From IMG/VR virus record IMGVR_UViG_3300024260_000007: a stretch of 64,000 bases of DNA, one strand, 5' to 3'. Below are positions 1-9,219 of the stretch, one piece after another; position 1 is the stretch's first letter; each line of letters begins with the position of its first letter. This DNA is from an uncultured virus (IMG/VR IMGVR_UViG_3300024260_000007). Taxonomy: Duplodnaviria > Heunggongvirae > Uroviricota > Caudoviricetes. Below the pieces are notes generated by a model. That model was not told the origin of the DNA. It did no database searches and was given only the letters and a program-made list of their open reading frames with translations. The position numbers and the translations under genes are program-made.

Positions 1-188
1 CAACTACGGCAGTAATTAGTGGCCCTATCGCAGAAGCAGGTGTTATTCAAACCTGTGCTGGAGCAACCACACTTACGTTAGAAGACGGAACAGAAGCAAT
101 TGGTGACCATATCGATTTCTTATGTGACGGAACAAACTGGTTAATTAATGGAAACTTCCAAACGGCGGCATCTATTACGGTAGCTTAA
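1..188 (+). CDS. 3' part of virion-associated hypothetical protein (copy of 62804..63214)
   Basis: Encodes ...TTAVISGPIAEAG...ASITVA*, the same C-terminus as 62804..63214. Confidence 0.9.
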   Translation, partial: TTAVISGPIAEAGVIQTCAGATTLTLEDGTEAIGDHIDFLCDGTNWLINGNFQTAASITVA

Positions 189-202
189 TAGCAATCGAAT
201 TT

Positions 203-230
203 AAGGGCTCCTTCGGGAGCCTTTTTTATT
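203..230 (+). terminator. Intrinsic terminator with cUUCGg tetraloop
   Basis: aagggctcc-ttcg-ggagcctt followed by a T run, just after a stop codon. Confidence 0.9.
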
Positions 231-236
231 GTGTGG

Positions 237-250
237 AATTAAGTTATAAT
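237..250 (+). promoter_or_regulatory. Putative promoter element AATTAAGT-TATAAT
   Basis: Same 14-mer at 237, 62714 and 63265, each just after a terminator and before a gene. Confidence 0.6.
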
Positions 251-301
251 AGGGTATCTTTTCAATGAGCGGGCGAAGCCCCTCTTCTCATAGGAGTCAA
301 T

Positions 302-685
302 ATGGCAGATTCAGTAACAAGCCAAACAATCATGGACGGTTCTAAAACTGTTGTCATGAAGTTTACAAGTGTATCAGACGGTACAGGCGAAACAGCAGTA
401 GTAAAGGCAGATGCCTCAGCACTACTAAATGCACCAACTAAACTTAAAATTATGCGCGTGTGGGCAATGACTGATGGACTATCAGTAAATGTTCTTTTTG
501 ACGCTACTGCAGATGTTCTTGCACTATCTGTACCTGCTGGTTTTATGGAGCACTTAGACTTTAGGTCTTTCGGTGGAATCAATAACAATGCAGGCTCAGG
601 CGTTACGGGTGACATTTCCTTCACGACTGTAGGCGCAGGCGCAGGCGACACCTACAGCATTGTCTTAGAATTATCTAAGTCGTAG
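302..685 (+). CDS. Virion-associated hypothetical protein (127 aa)
   Basis: RBS aggag; lies between capsid and adaptor genes; beta-rich; diverged copy at 63330. Confidence 0.75.
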   Translation: MADSVTSQTIMDGSKTVVMKFTSVSDGTGETAVVKADASALLNAPTKLKIMRVWAMTDGLSVNVLFDATADVLALSVPAGFMEHLDFRSFGGINNNAGSGVTGDISFTTVGAGAGDTYSIVLELSKS

Positions 686-695
686 GAGCAGCTAA

Positions 696-1355
696 GTGGC
701 TACTTCAGGAACTACTGCATTTAACCTAGATGTCTCAGACATTATGGAGGAAGCCTACGAGAGATGTGGGCTAGAGCTTCGTAGTGGCTATGATGCTAAG
801 ACAGCACGACGCAGCATGAATATCATGCTACAAGAGTGGAGTAACCGAGGCATAAATCTCTGGAAGGTTAATAAAACCTCGCAGGCTTTAGTCAAGGGAA
901 CCGCGTCTTATACATTAGATGCTAAGATTATTGACTTACTAGACGTCAACCTTAAACGCTCAACTACTGAATTATCAATGTCGCGTCTATCTAGGGCTGA
1001 TTACCATGCCCGCCCTAACAAGACTACCCAAGCTAGGCCATCTCAGTATTACGTAGAGCGTACAGCAACTCCAACTCTATACGTTTGGCCAGCCCCTGAA
1101 AATGCTACCGATACTATTGAGTATTACGCAATGGAGAAACTAGAGGATGTAGGTACTAGCCTTAATAACGTGGACGTACCTGTTAGATTCATACCCGCTT
1201 TAGTTGCGGGCTTAGCTTATTACATAAGTATGAAGAAGAACCCGGAGAGAATTACACTGCTTAAATCAGTTTATGAAGAAGAGTTCACTCGTGCTTTAGA
1301 AGAAGACAGAGAGCGTGCAAGTAGCTTCTTTGTACCTCGTAGGATGAGACTGTAA
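696..1355 (+). CDS. Head-tail adaptor / tail tubular protein A-like
   Basis: Helical N- and C-termini (EWSNRGINLW; PALVAGLAYY) flanking a beta core with YVWPAP, typical of podovirus adaptors; position. Confidence 0.7.
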   Translation: MATSGTTAFNLDVSDIMEEAYERCGLELRSGYDAKTARRSMNIMLQEWSNRGINLWKVNKTSQALVKGTASYTLDAKIIDLLDVNLKRSTTELSMSRLSRADYHARPNKTTQARPSQYYVERTATPTLYVWPAPENATDTIEYYAMEKLEDVGTSLNNVDVPVRFIPALVAGLAYYISMKKNPERITLLKSVYEEEFTRALEEDRERASSFFVPRRMRL

Positions 1356-1681
1356 TGGGTAAGTATGCAGGTGGTACCTATGCTAGAGCTATGTGCGACA
1401 GATGTGGCATTGAGGTTAAGTACTCTACACTTTTACTTGAGTGGACAGGCTATAAAGTGTGTCCTGATTGCTGGGACCCTAAAACAGAACTAGAATTTCC
1501 TAATAAACCACCTGTTGATGCAGAGGCTTTGATTAACCCTAGGCCAGATGTAGATGTAGAAGCAAACGAAGGCGGTATTACAGCAAAAGACGTATCAACA
1601 GGAGACACACCAATTGGTACAATGTTTAGAGGATTCGAGCCAAGTGCAGAACTTGGCTCTGTTACGGTGACTATATCATGA
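1355..1681 (+). CDS. Hypothetical protein with Cys cluster (possible Zn ribbon)
   Basis: CDRC...CPDC; TAATG coupling to the upstream gene. Confidence 0.65.
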   Translation: MGKYAGGTYARAMCDRCGIEVKYSTLLLEWTGYKVCPDCWDPKTELEFPNKPPVDAEALINPRPDVDVEANEGGITAKDVSTGDTPIGTMFRGFEPSAELGSVTVTIS

Positions 1682-2313
1682 CATATGCAGAATTAGTACA
1701 ATCAATTCAAGACTGGACAGAAAACGACGAGTCTACCTTTACTGGCGAGTTAGATTTAATTATCGAGCTTGCTGAAAAGAGAATTTTCAGAGAGTCTGAC
1801 CTTAATAACACTAGGAAGTACTCAACAGCATCATTACCCGCAGGGGATGAGTTTTTAGCTCATCCAACAGATGCAGTAGTTATACGCTCTTTACAAAGTA
1901 TTGACTCCAGTGGCGACCGCGCCTTTCTACTCCAAAAAGACAAGAGCTTTCTAGATGACTATATTGTAGACAGAAGCGCTACCGGAACGCCTAGATATTA
2001 CTGTCATTGGGATAGTGATACAGTATATATTGTACCTTCGCCGGCTGTTGATACAGACTTCGAGATGGCTTATACCTACAGACCTACTGGACTATCGGCA
2101 TCTAACACTACTTCATGGCTCGGTACAAACGCCCCTGATGCTTTGTTCTACGCATGTTTAATCGAAGCATCTATATTTATGAAAGAAGCTCCGGACATTA
2201 CTGCAAGCTATACGGCTAAATACCAAGAAGCTCTACAGAGACTTATTGTAGAAGAAAACTTTAGAAACAGGAGCGACGAATACCGCTCTCGCTCAATTAT
2301 ACTAGGAGATTAG
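1678..2313 (+). CDS. Second adaptor-like structural protein
   Basis: MTYAEL...GTPRYY...PSP...WL...APDALFYACLIEA pattern of phage adaptor proteins; ATGA coupling. Confidence 0.65.
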   Translation: MTYAELVQSIQDWTENDESTFTGELDLIIELAEKRIFRESDLNNTRKYSTASLPAGDEFLAHPTDAVVIRSLQSIDSSGDRAFLLQKDKSFLDDYIVDRSATGTPRYYCHWDSDTVYIVPSPAVDTDFEMAYTYRPTGLSASNTTSWLGTNAPDALFYACLIEASIFMKEAPDITASYTAKYQEALQRLIVEENFRNRSDEYRSRSIILGD

Positions 2314-2315
2314 TA

Positions 2316-2744
2316 ATGGCTATTACACAAGCACTCTGCACCTCATTTAAAAAAGAACTATTCGAGGTAATCCATGATTTTGATGCGACTACTGGCGATA
2401 CTTTCAAAATAGCACTGTATACTTCTTCTGCTAGTTTAGGAGCAGCTACTACTGCATATACTACGTCTGGGGAGGTAACCGGTACCGGTTACACCGCTGG
2501 CGGAAACACACTAACCAAAGTAAGTCCTACATCCTCTGGAACTACTGGATTTATTGACTTTGGTAACACATCTTGGACTACTGCTACCTTTACAGCGAGG
2601 GGTGCTTTGATATACAATAGCACCAATAGCGACAAGGCAGTGGCGGTCTTAGACTTCGGAGGCGATAAAGATGTATCCGCGGGTACTTTCTCTATCGCCT
2701 TCCCAACACCAAGCAGTTCAACTGCAATTATAAGAATAGCATAA
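2316..2744 (+). CDS. Tail-associated structural protein, paralog 1
   Basis: FKIALYTS, YTAGG, TARGALIYN, LDFG motifs shared with the next ORF. Confidence 0.7.
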   Translation: MAITQALCTSFKKELFEVIHDFDATTGDTFKIALYTSSASLGAATTAYTTSGEVTGTGYTAGGNTLTKVSPTSSGTTGFIDFGNTSWTTATFTARGALIYNSTNSDKAVAVLDFGGDKDVSAGTFSIAFPTPSSSTAIIRIA

Positions 2745-2760
2745 GCACAGGAGAAACAAC

Positions 2761-3192
2761 ATGGCCTCAATTAGTTTTTACAACAACGCTACTAAGGATA
2801 TCTTAGACGGCACGATAGACCTAGACAGCGATACAATCAAGGTATCACTACACGCTAGTACATACACCCCAGCAGTAACTCATGACTTTTTTGATGATTT
2901 AACTAATGAAGTAACGGGAAGCAACTACACAGCAGGCGGAGCAACACTAGGCTCTACAGCAGTTACTACAGTGACTGTAAACGACGCTATGTACGACGCA
3001 GCAGACACAACATGGTCAGCTCACGCATCTGGTTTCAGTACAGCGAGATATGCAGTGATTTATAAATCTACAGGCACAGACTCAACCTCTCCTTTGATAG
3101 GCTACATTGACTTCACTACAGACCAAGACAACGTGAACAATGATTTAACTATTAAGTGGAACGCTAGCGGAATCTTACAGCTAACAACATAA
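2761..3192 (+). CDS. Tail-associated structural protein, paralog 2
   Basis: IKVSLHAS, YTAGG, TARYAVIYK, YIDF motifs; RBS aggag. Confidence 0.7.
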   Translation: MASISFYNNATKDILDGTIDLDSDTIKVSLHASTYTPAVTHDFFDDLTNEVTGSNYTAGGATLGSTAVTTVTVNDAMYDAADTTWSAHASGFSTARYAVIYKSTGTDSTSPLIGYIDFTTDQDNVNNDLTIKWNASGILQLTT

Positions 3193-3203
3193 GAGGATGA
3201 CTA

Positions 3204-5504
3204 ATGGCAACTTCGAGAAAAGCACCTGATTTAGTACTTGATACGTCCCCTCAACTTGGCGGCAACCTAGATGTAAATGGGCACACTGTTGATGGTGTAG
3301 ACATTGCAACAAGGGATGGTGTCTTAACTTCGACAACTACAACAGCTAACAACGCACTGCCTAAAGCAGGTGGTGCAATGACGGGTGCTATTACAACTAA
3401 TAGTACCTTTGATGGTGTAGACATTGCAACAAGGGATGGCGTCTTAACTTCGACAACTACAACAGCTAACAACGCACTGCCTAAAGCAGGTGGTGCAATG
3501 ACGGGTGCTATTACAACTAATAGTACCTTTGATGGTGTAGACATTGCAACAAGGGATGGCGTCTTAACTTCGACAACTACAACAGCTAACAACGCACTGC
3601 CTAAAGCAGGTGGTGCAATGACGGGTGCTATTACAACTAATAGTACCTTTGATGGAAGAGATGTAGCTACTGATGGTTCTAAACTAGACCTTATTGAAGC
3701 AAGTGCAGATGTAACTGATACAGCAAATGTAGTTGCTGCGTTGTCTGCTGGAACTGGTGTTACTATTAGTGGTGCTGGTGTTGTTGCTGTATCGGCGGTA
3801 GCTCTTACCACTGTTCAAACTGCTGTCAGCCAAGCTGCTCAGCTGGCTCTTACCGCTCAAGAAGGTGATGTTGTTGTTCGTTCAGATGAGAATAAGTCTT
3901 ATGTGCATAATGGCGGTACTGCTGGAACTATGGCAGACTACACACTGCTTGCCACTCCGACCGATGCTGTACTAAGTGTTAATGGGGTTACTGGTGCAGT
4001 TACTGCTGCTCATATAGCAGCAGCAGTAGAAGCCGCTAGTGGTTCAAATACATTTACAGATGCCGACCACACTAAACTAAATGCTATTGAAGCCTCAGCT
4101 GATGTAACTGATACAACAAATGTTACTGCTGCTGGTGCATTGATGGATGGTGAAGTAACTAACCTTGCTCAAGTAAAAGCCTTTGATACAACTGATTATG
4201 CTACCGCTGCTCAAGGTACGACTGCTAATGCAGCTTTACCTAAAGCAGGTGGTGCAATGACGGGTGCTATTACAACTAATAGTACCTTTGATGGTCGTGA
4301 TGTAGCAACAGACGGCTCAAAGTTAGATGGCATTGAATCAGGCGCTACAGCAGACCAAACTAATGCTGAGATAAAGACTGCTTATGAAGCTAATGCTGAT
4401 ACTAATGAGTTTAGTGATGCTGAACAAACAAAACTAGCAGGAATAGCTACTTCAGCTAACAACTATGTTCATCCAAACCATAGTGGCGATGTAACATCTA
4501 CTGCTGATGGCGCTACAGTAATCTCATCTGGTGCAGTTGATATTGCAATGTTATCTGCTACAGGTACAGCTTCAGGCACTACATTCCTTAGAGGAGACAA
4601 TACTTGGGTTGTACCTACTGATACTAATACTACCTATACATCTTCAGACTTTACTCATGATGACTTAACTGGATTCGTAGCTAACGAACATGTAGACTGG
4701 ACTACTGACCAAGGTGCTACCAATATCCACGCTGGTAATTACACAGATACTAATACTACATACAGTGTTGGTGATGGTGGATTAACACAGAAGAACTTTA
4801 CTACCACTCTTAAAGATAAGTTAGATGGTATTGCTACAGGTGCAACAGCTAATGGAACAGTAACAGGTTCTGGTACTACTTCAGGTACAAACACAGGTGA
4901 CAATACAGTTTGTACTTCAGGTACAGCTACTACTGCTGCTACTCTAGCAACAGCTAGAACTATCGCAGGTGTATCGTTTGATGGTTCAGCTAATATATCT
5001 CTAAATAACAATGCTATTACTAATGGCGCTGGTTATACAACTAATGTAGGTGATATTACTGGCGTTACTGCTGGTACTGGAATGAGTGGTGGCGGTACAT
5101 CTGGCACTGTAACACTAAATTGTACTATTGATTCACCATCTGAAGTAGGCTTAGGTAACTTATCATCTAGTGGTAACGCCCTTTCAGGCACTTTCACTGC
5201 GACAGGTGATATCGTGGCTTACTCTGATGAACGCTTAAAAGAGAATGTTGAGGTTATACCTGATGCTTTATCCAAGGTTAAACAGTTAAGTGGTTATACA
5301 TTTACAAGAAATGATTTAGATGATACAACTAAAAGATACACAGGTGTTATCGCTCAAGAAGTCTTAACTGTACTGCCTGAAGCGGTGGTGTTAGGTGATA
5401 CCTCTGAAGATACTATGTCAGTTGCCTATGGTAATATGATGGGTCTAATGATTGAAGCTATTAAAGAATTAGAAGCTAAGGTTGAGAAATTGGAGAATGA
5501 ATAA
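3204..5504 (+). CDS. Long tail fibre with C-terminal intramolecular chaperone (Peptidase_S74-like)
   Basis: T/A/G-rich repeats (LPKAGGAMTG, DGSKLDGIE); AY-SDERLKEN...GVIAQEV...VAYGNM...AIKEL chaperone motif. Confidence 0.9.
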   Translation: MATSRKAPDLVLDTSPQLGGNLDVNGHTVDGVDIATRDGVLTSTTTTANNALPKAGGAMTGAITTNSTFDGVDIATRDGVLTSTTTTANNALPKAGGAMTGAITTNSTFDGVDIATRDGVLTSTTTTANNALPKAGGAMTGAITTNSTFDGRDVATDGSKLDLIEASADVTDTANVVAALSAGTGVTISGAGVVAVSAVALTTVQTAVSQAAQLALTAQEGDVVVRSDENKSYVHNGGTAGTMADYTLLATPTDAVLSVNGVTGAVTAAHIAAAVEAASGSNTFTDADHTKLNAIEASADVTDTTNVTAAGALMDGEVTNLAQVKAFDTTDYATAAQGTTANAALPKAGGAMTGAITTNSTFDGRDVATDGSKLDGIESGATADQTNAEIKTAYEANADTNEFSDAEQTKLAGIATSANNYVHPNHSGDVTSTADGATVISSGAVDIAMLSATGTASGTTFLRGDNTWVVPTDTNTTYTSSDFTHDDLTGFVANEHVDWTTDQGATNIHAGNYTDTNTTYSVGDGGLTQKNFTTTLKDKLDGIATGATANGTVTGSGTTSGTNTGDNTVCTSGTATTAATLATARTIAGVSFDGSANISLNNNAITNGAGYTTNVGDITGVTAGTGMSGGGTSGTVTLNCTIDSPSEVGLGNLSSSGNALSGTFTATGDIVAYSDERLKENVEVIPDALSKVKQLSGYTFTRNDLDDTTKRYTGVIAQEVLTVLPEAVVLGDTSEDTMSVAYGNMMGLMIEAIKELEAKVEKLENE
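3291..3655 (+). repeat. 3 x 120-bp in-frame tandem repeat; partial fourth copy at 4239-4294
   Basis: Units start at 3291, 3411 and 3531; only one substitution seen (ggt/ggc at 3320). Confidence 0.95.
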
Positions 5505-6523
5505 TGGCTTTACAGAGTTCAGGAAGAATTGATTTAAGTGATGTAAATGTTGAGTTAGGTAACTCTGCTACTGCTAATATCTCATTAGGTAGTGCAGCAG
5601 TTAGAGGGTTATTTGGTGTTGCTAGTGGGACTATTAGTTTATCTGATGGTTATGGTGCTAGCGGTAGTACAAACTTAGGAACAAGGGGTATATTTGCAGG
5701 TGGAGAACTAGGGTATGCCCACCACAATGAGATTCAGTACATAACCATAGCTACCACAGGTAATGCTACTGACTTTGGTGATTTAGTTTGGGGGCGTGCG
5801 GGCCTATCAGCTTGTTCTAATGGCACTAGAGGTGTATTTGGGGGTGGTTACGATTCTTCAACTTACTTCGATATGGATTACATAACTATAGCTACAACAG
5901 GTAATGCTACCGACTTTGGTGATTTGACAGTAGGTAGAGAGCACAACGCCTCCTGTGCAAACACAACTAGAGGTGTATTTGGAGGCGGTTGGGATGGCAC
6001 TCAATATGCCTCTATTGATTACATAACCATATCCACCACGGGTAATGCTGCTGACTTTGGTGACCTAGCATTTTCAATACAACAGCTAGGTGCTTGCTCT
6101 AGTTCCACTAGAGGTATATTTGGAGGTGGTACAACGGGTACAGTGGTTGACAATATTCAGTACATAACCATATCCACCACGGGTAATGCTGCCGACTTTG
6201 GTGATTTACTAAGCGCTACCAGCCTTATACCTGCTTGTTCTAATGGCACTAGAGGTGTATTTGGGGGTGGTTACACAGGCGCAAACACCAATGTTATTCA
6301 GTACATAACCATATCCACCACGGGTAATGCTGTTGACTTTGGTGATTTGACTTTCGCTAGAAATAGTTTAGCTGCTTGTTCAGACGGCACTAAAGGTGTA
6401 TTTGGTGGTGGTGGCGCTGATAATATTATGGATTACATAACCATAGCTACCACAGGTAATGCTGTTGACTTTGGTGATTTGACACAAGGAACAAAGGGAA
6501 TATCTGCTTGCTCAGGCACATAA
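5504..6523 (+). CDS. Putative fibre-tip adhesin / receptor-binding protein with six ~47-aa repeats (likely beta-propeller)
   Basis: N-terminal MALQSSG..LSDVNVELG segment typical of genes after S74 fibres; repeat TRGVFGGG..YITIxTTGNAxDFGDL..ACS at 141-nt spacing. Confidence 0.75.
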   Translation: MALQSSGRIDLSDVNVELGNSATANISLGSAAVRGLFGVASGTISLSDGYGASGSTNLGTRGIFAGGELGYAHHNEIQYITIATTGNATDFGDLVWGRAGLSACSNGTRGVFGGGYDSSTYFDMDYITIATTGNATDFGDLTVGREHNASCANTTRGVFGGGWDGTQYASIDYITISTTGNAADFGDLAFSIQQLGACSSSTRGIFGGGTTGTVVDNIQYITISTTGNAADFGDLLSATSLIPACSNGTRGVFGGGYTGANTNVIQYITISTTGNAVDFGDLTFARNSLAACSDGTKGVFGGGGADNIMDYITIATTGNAVDFGDLTQGTKGISACSGT

Positions 6524-6533
6524 GGAAACTAAT

Positions 6534-7388
6534 ATGAGAAACAATACAAATAAAGTAATAAAACTAGACGAAGCTAAAGACCAATTAAGTGAATACAATG
6601 GCTTTAAGGAACTTCAAAAGTCAGTAGGTGGCTTATCTACAATCACAGACGAGAAGTTAGCAATAATTGCTTCTAAGATGCCAGCGATTGATAGAGCAAA
6701 TCACACAGCAGGTCGTTCACAAACTCAAACTACCAATCAATTAATGTCATTAACAATGATGTCAGATAGTCCTTACAGAATGATGCGCCAATGTTTATCT
6801 CAGATTGAGAAGAAGCGTGGAGCGTTAGAGGAATCTTACTTCAAGATGAAGAAGAAAGCTATCTTAATCAAACAATGGTATGCCAAAGGTGATGAGATGT
6901 CTGTGGTAAAAGCACAAGAAGCTGAAGCACAAGCATTTAGACAGAAAGATTATATCGATGGTGCTTTAAAAGAGATTGCTACTTTCCAATGTGCTTATGA
7001 TGAAATCAGGGAGTCACATAATATCCCCGAGAAATGGGATGAACGTGATGCTGAGATAGCTGAAATTGACCACCATATTAAACAAGCGTTTAGACAAGCA
7101 CACAGAGACGTAGTACAGACTGGTAGTATCACTGGTGGTAATATGGAGTATATGGAACAGTACGGTATTCATATTCAGACAGCTACTAAGATTATCAGAG
7201 ACTATGTTGCTAGAGAAGACAAGATGATTAGCGAAGGCAAGATGCCTACTGTTGAGCATCTATATGCTTTCCTAGACAGTATGGCTGTACAATTCAATGA
7301 TGCACATAAGCTAGTAATGAAGCGTATAGGCATCAAAGAACTAATCAAGGAAGATTTCTTATACTTGGAGGATAAAGATGATAATTAA
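6534..7388 (+). CDS. Helical/coiled-coil hypothetical protein (284 aa)
   Basis: Long ORF with RBS and charged helical composition. Confidence 0.7.
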   Translation: MRNNTNKVIKLDEAKDQLSEYNGFKELQKSVGGLSTITDEKLAIIASKMPAIDRANHTAGRSQTQTTNQLMSLTMMSDSPYRMMRQCLSQIEKKRGALEESYFKMKKKAILIKQWYAKGDEMSVVKAQEAEAQAFRQKDYIDGALKEIATFQCAYDEIRESHNIPEKWDERDAEIAEIDHHIKQAFRQAHRDVVQTGSITGGNMEYMEQYGIHIQTATKIIRDYVAREDKMISEGKMPTVEHLYAFLDSMAVQFNDAHKLVMKRIGIKELIKEDFLYLEDKDDN

Positions 7389-8094
7389 ATACCAGTTAGA
7401 AAACAGAACAACACCTACAGGTACAGGACTAACAGCTCCTGAATGTATTTCTGATGGCGGATACGCTTTTGATATTGAGGACAGCACCTATACTGGGCAC
7501 GCTGATAGTACCCAGCCTTTGTGTGCTTCTTGTGTTGAGATAACAGAGGTAGAACTAGAGGAACGGAAAGCTAAACTAGCTAACACACGCGAGTGTGCCA
7601 TAAGGTCGGATGGTCAAGCTAGTTATACAGAGTCACTAGATAACGACACCAATGGGTTTATGGTAGTAAAAGCATACCCAAGTAACACCCCTGTACATTA
7701 CTATACCAAAGGTGATAGTAGCTGTGATTTCTACTCTGAACGTCCTGAAGGTCGTAAGAAGTATTGGACTAACAATATATCACCTGAGAGGTATAGTCAG
7801 CCTGATTCTGATAGTCAAGTATTAGGATGTTACAGTGAGGTTGAAGGTAGTTCCCAAGAATGGTACTATCACTTTATTGTATTCGAAGATATGATGTCTT
7901 TTGTTAATAGCCATAAGTCTATATCTTTAAATTCGACACTAGAAGTAAAGATGAGAGACAACCCTTTAAGTGTAAGGCCTACTGCATTTGGAGACGGGCC
8001 TTTTATGTACATCGCCAGTGTGTCTATAACAACAGCAGGTGATAAAACAACAACTATATATGTAACAGCACAGCCTGAAGATGTGTTTAGTTAG
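7378..8094 (+). CDS. Hypothetical protein (238 aa)
   Basis: Overlaps both neighbours; several Cys including CxxC. Confidence 0.65.
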   Translation: MIIKYQLENRTTPTGTGLTAPECISDGGYAFDIEDSTYTGHADSTQPLCASCVEITEVELEERKAKLANTRECAIRSDGQASYTESLDNDTNGFMVVKAYPSNTPVHYYTKGDSSCDFYSERPEGRKKYWTNNISPERYSQPDSDSQVLGCYSEVEGSSQEWYYHFIVFEDMMSFVNSHKSISLNSTLEVKMRDNPLSVRPTAFGDGPFMYIASVSITTAGDKTTTIYVTAQPEDVFS

Positions 8095-8998
8095 CTTCTC
8101 AAAGGAGAAATCCTACTCCTCAAAAGAAAAGGTTGATAAGTTTGATGGGCTACCTAAGTGGGGATATATAGATATTACATCTAAATGCTCGCATGGTTGT
8201 GCTTGGTGCTATGGTGGTTTTAATGAAGATTTAAACTCAGAGATGAATCTTAATGAATTTAGAACTGTCCTATCAAAACTAAAGGTGATGGGCTTACATC
8301 AAATAACTATAACTGGTGGAGAGCCTACCGAGCATCCTCAATTTCTAGAGTTTGTAGCAGAAGCAACTAAAGACTTTATGGTTCACGTATGCTCACATGG
8401 TGATTGGACTCAAGACTGGGCAAAAGATTTAGCAAAGCTAGGTGTTAGTCAGATTCAGTTCAACTATCAAGGCTCTAAGCGACATGATGGTGTTCATCAA
8501 GTATTAGGCTCGTATCTTAAACAAGTAACAGCAATCAAGCAATCTATCAAGGCAGGCGTTGAAACAGTCGGAACAGTAACTGTTGGGGCTTACAACTTGA
8601 AAGATATAGATGGTATCTTCAAAGAGATGTCAGACTTGGGTGTTACTCGTTTAAGAGTATGGGAAGCAACTGGAAAAGGTAATAAGTGGCGTAAAGATAA
8701 AGAAGCTAAAGAGATATTTGATATTTGTAAAACCTCGGCATCAGCACTTGGATTTAACTTTGTTCAGTCTTACGACCCAGATATAGTTGGTGATGTAAAC
8801 GCTCACTGCCCAGCACAAATGCAAATGTTTATGTATATCAATAGTGATTCAGAATTAATTTTCTGTCCAGCAACAGACCAGTTGTTAAACAAGCCTATTG
8901 CGTCATTCAAAGAAGATACCTATCAAGCTATTCAAAATAAGTATTCAGCGTTTATGAATAGTCTTTCTTCTGGTACTTGCTTAGCTAGGGAAGGATGA
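8081..8998 (+). CDS. Radical SAM enzyme with C-terminal twitch/SPASM-like Cys
   Basis: CSHGCAWC (CxxxCxxC), TGGEP, and C-terminal C-x(~9)-INSDSELIFCP...C. Confidence 0.9.
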   Translation: MCLVSFSKEKSYSSKEKVDKFDGLPKWGYIDITSKCSHGCAWCYGGFNEDLNSEMNLNEFRTVLSKLKVMGLHQITITGGEPTEHPQFLEFVAEATKDFMVHVCSHGDWTQDWAKDLAKLGVSQIQFNYQGSKRHDGVHQVLGSYLKQVTAIKQSIKAGVETVGTVTVGAYNLKDIDGIFKEMSDLGVTRLRVWEATGKGNKWRKDKEAKEIFDICKTSASALGFNFVQSYDPDIVGDVNAHCPAQMQMFMYINSDSELIFCPATDQLLNKPIASFKEDTYQAIQNKYSAFMNSLSSGTCLAREG

Positions 8999-9219
8999 AG
9001 GACTGGGTTTGGTATTTGAAATATATAAGCGCTTCAGTGATTCTTGTAGCTATAGGCTTGCATACAATTCCTGAAGCATATCCATACAATGTAATTGTTC
9101 ATCTAGTGGGGGCGATTCTTTGGACTATTGTTGGCCTTAAAACAAGAGAAGGCGCTATATTGTTAAACTTTATGCCACAAATTATAATTTTCAGTGTTGG
9201 CCTGTGGGTGGCTTCATGA
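8995..9219 (+). CDS. Small membrane protein (about 3 TM)
   Basis: Three hydrophobic segments; ATGA overlaps at both ends. Confidence 0.7.
   Translation: MKDWVWYLKYISASVILVAIGLHTIPEAYPYNVIVHLVGAILWTIVGLKTREGAILLNFMPQIIIFSVGLWVAS

Larger units (their letters stand above)
1..975 (+). repeat. Left copy of imperfect long direct repeat (partner 63027-64000)
   Basis: caactacggcagtaattagtggccc at 1 and 63027; same three genes in the same order; identical for about 127 nt, then diverging. Confidence 0.97.

Noticed and set aside
5504..6523. Diversity-generating retroelement acting on the adhesin repeats
   Set aside because: No reverse transcriptase ORF; differences between repeats are not adenine-specific; no non-coding template copy seen
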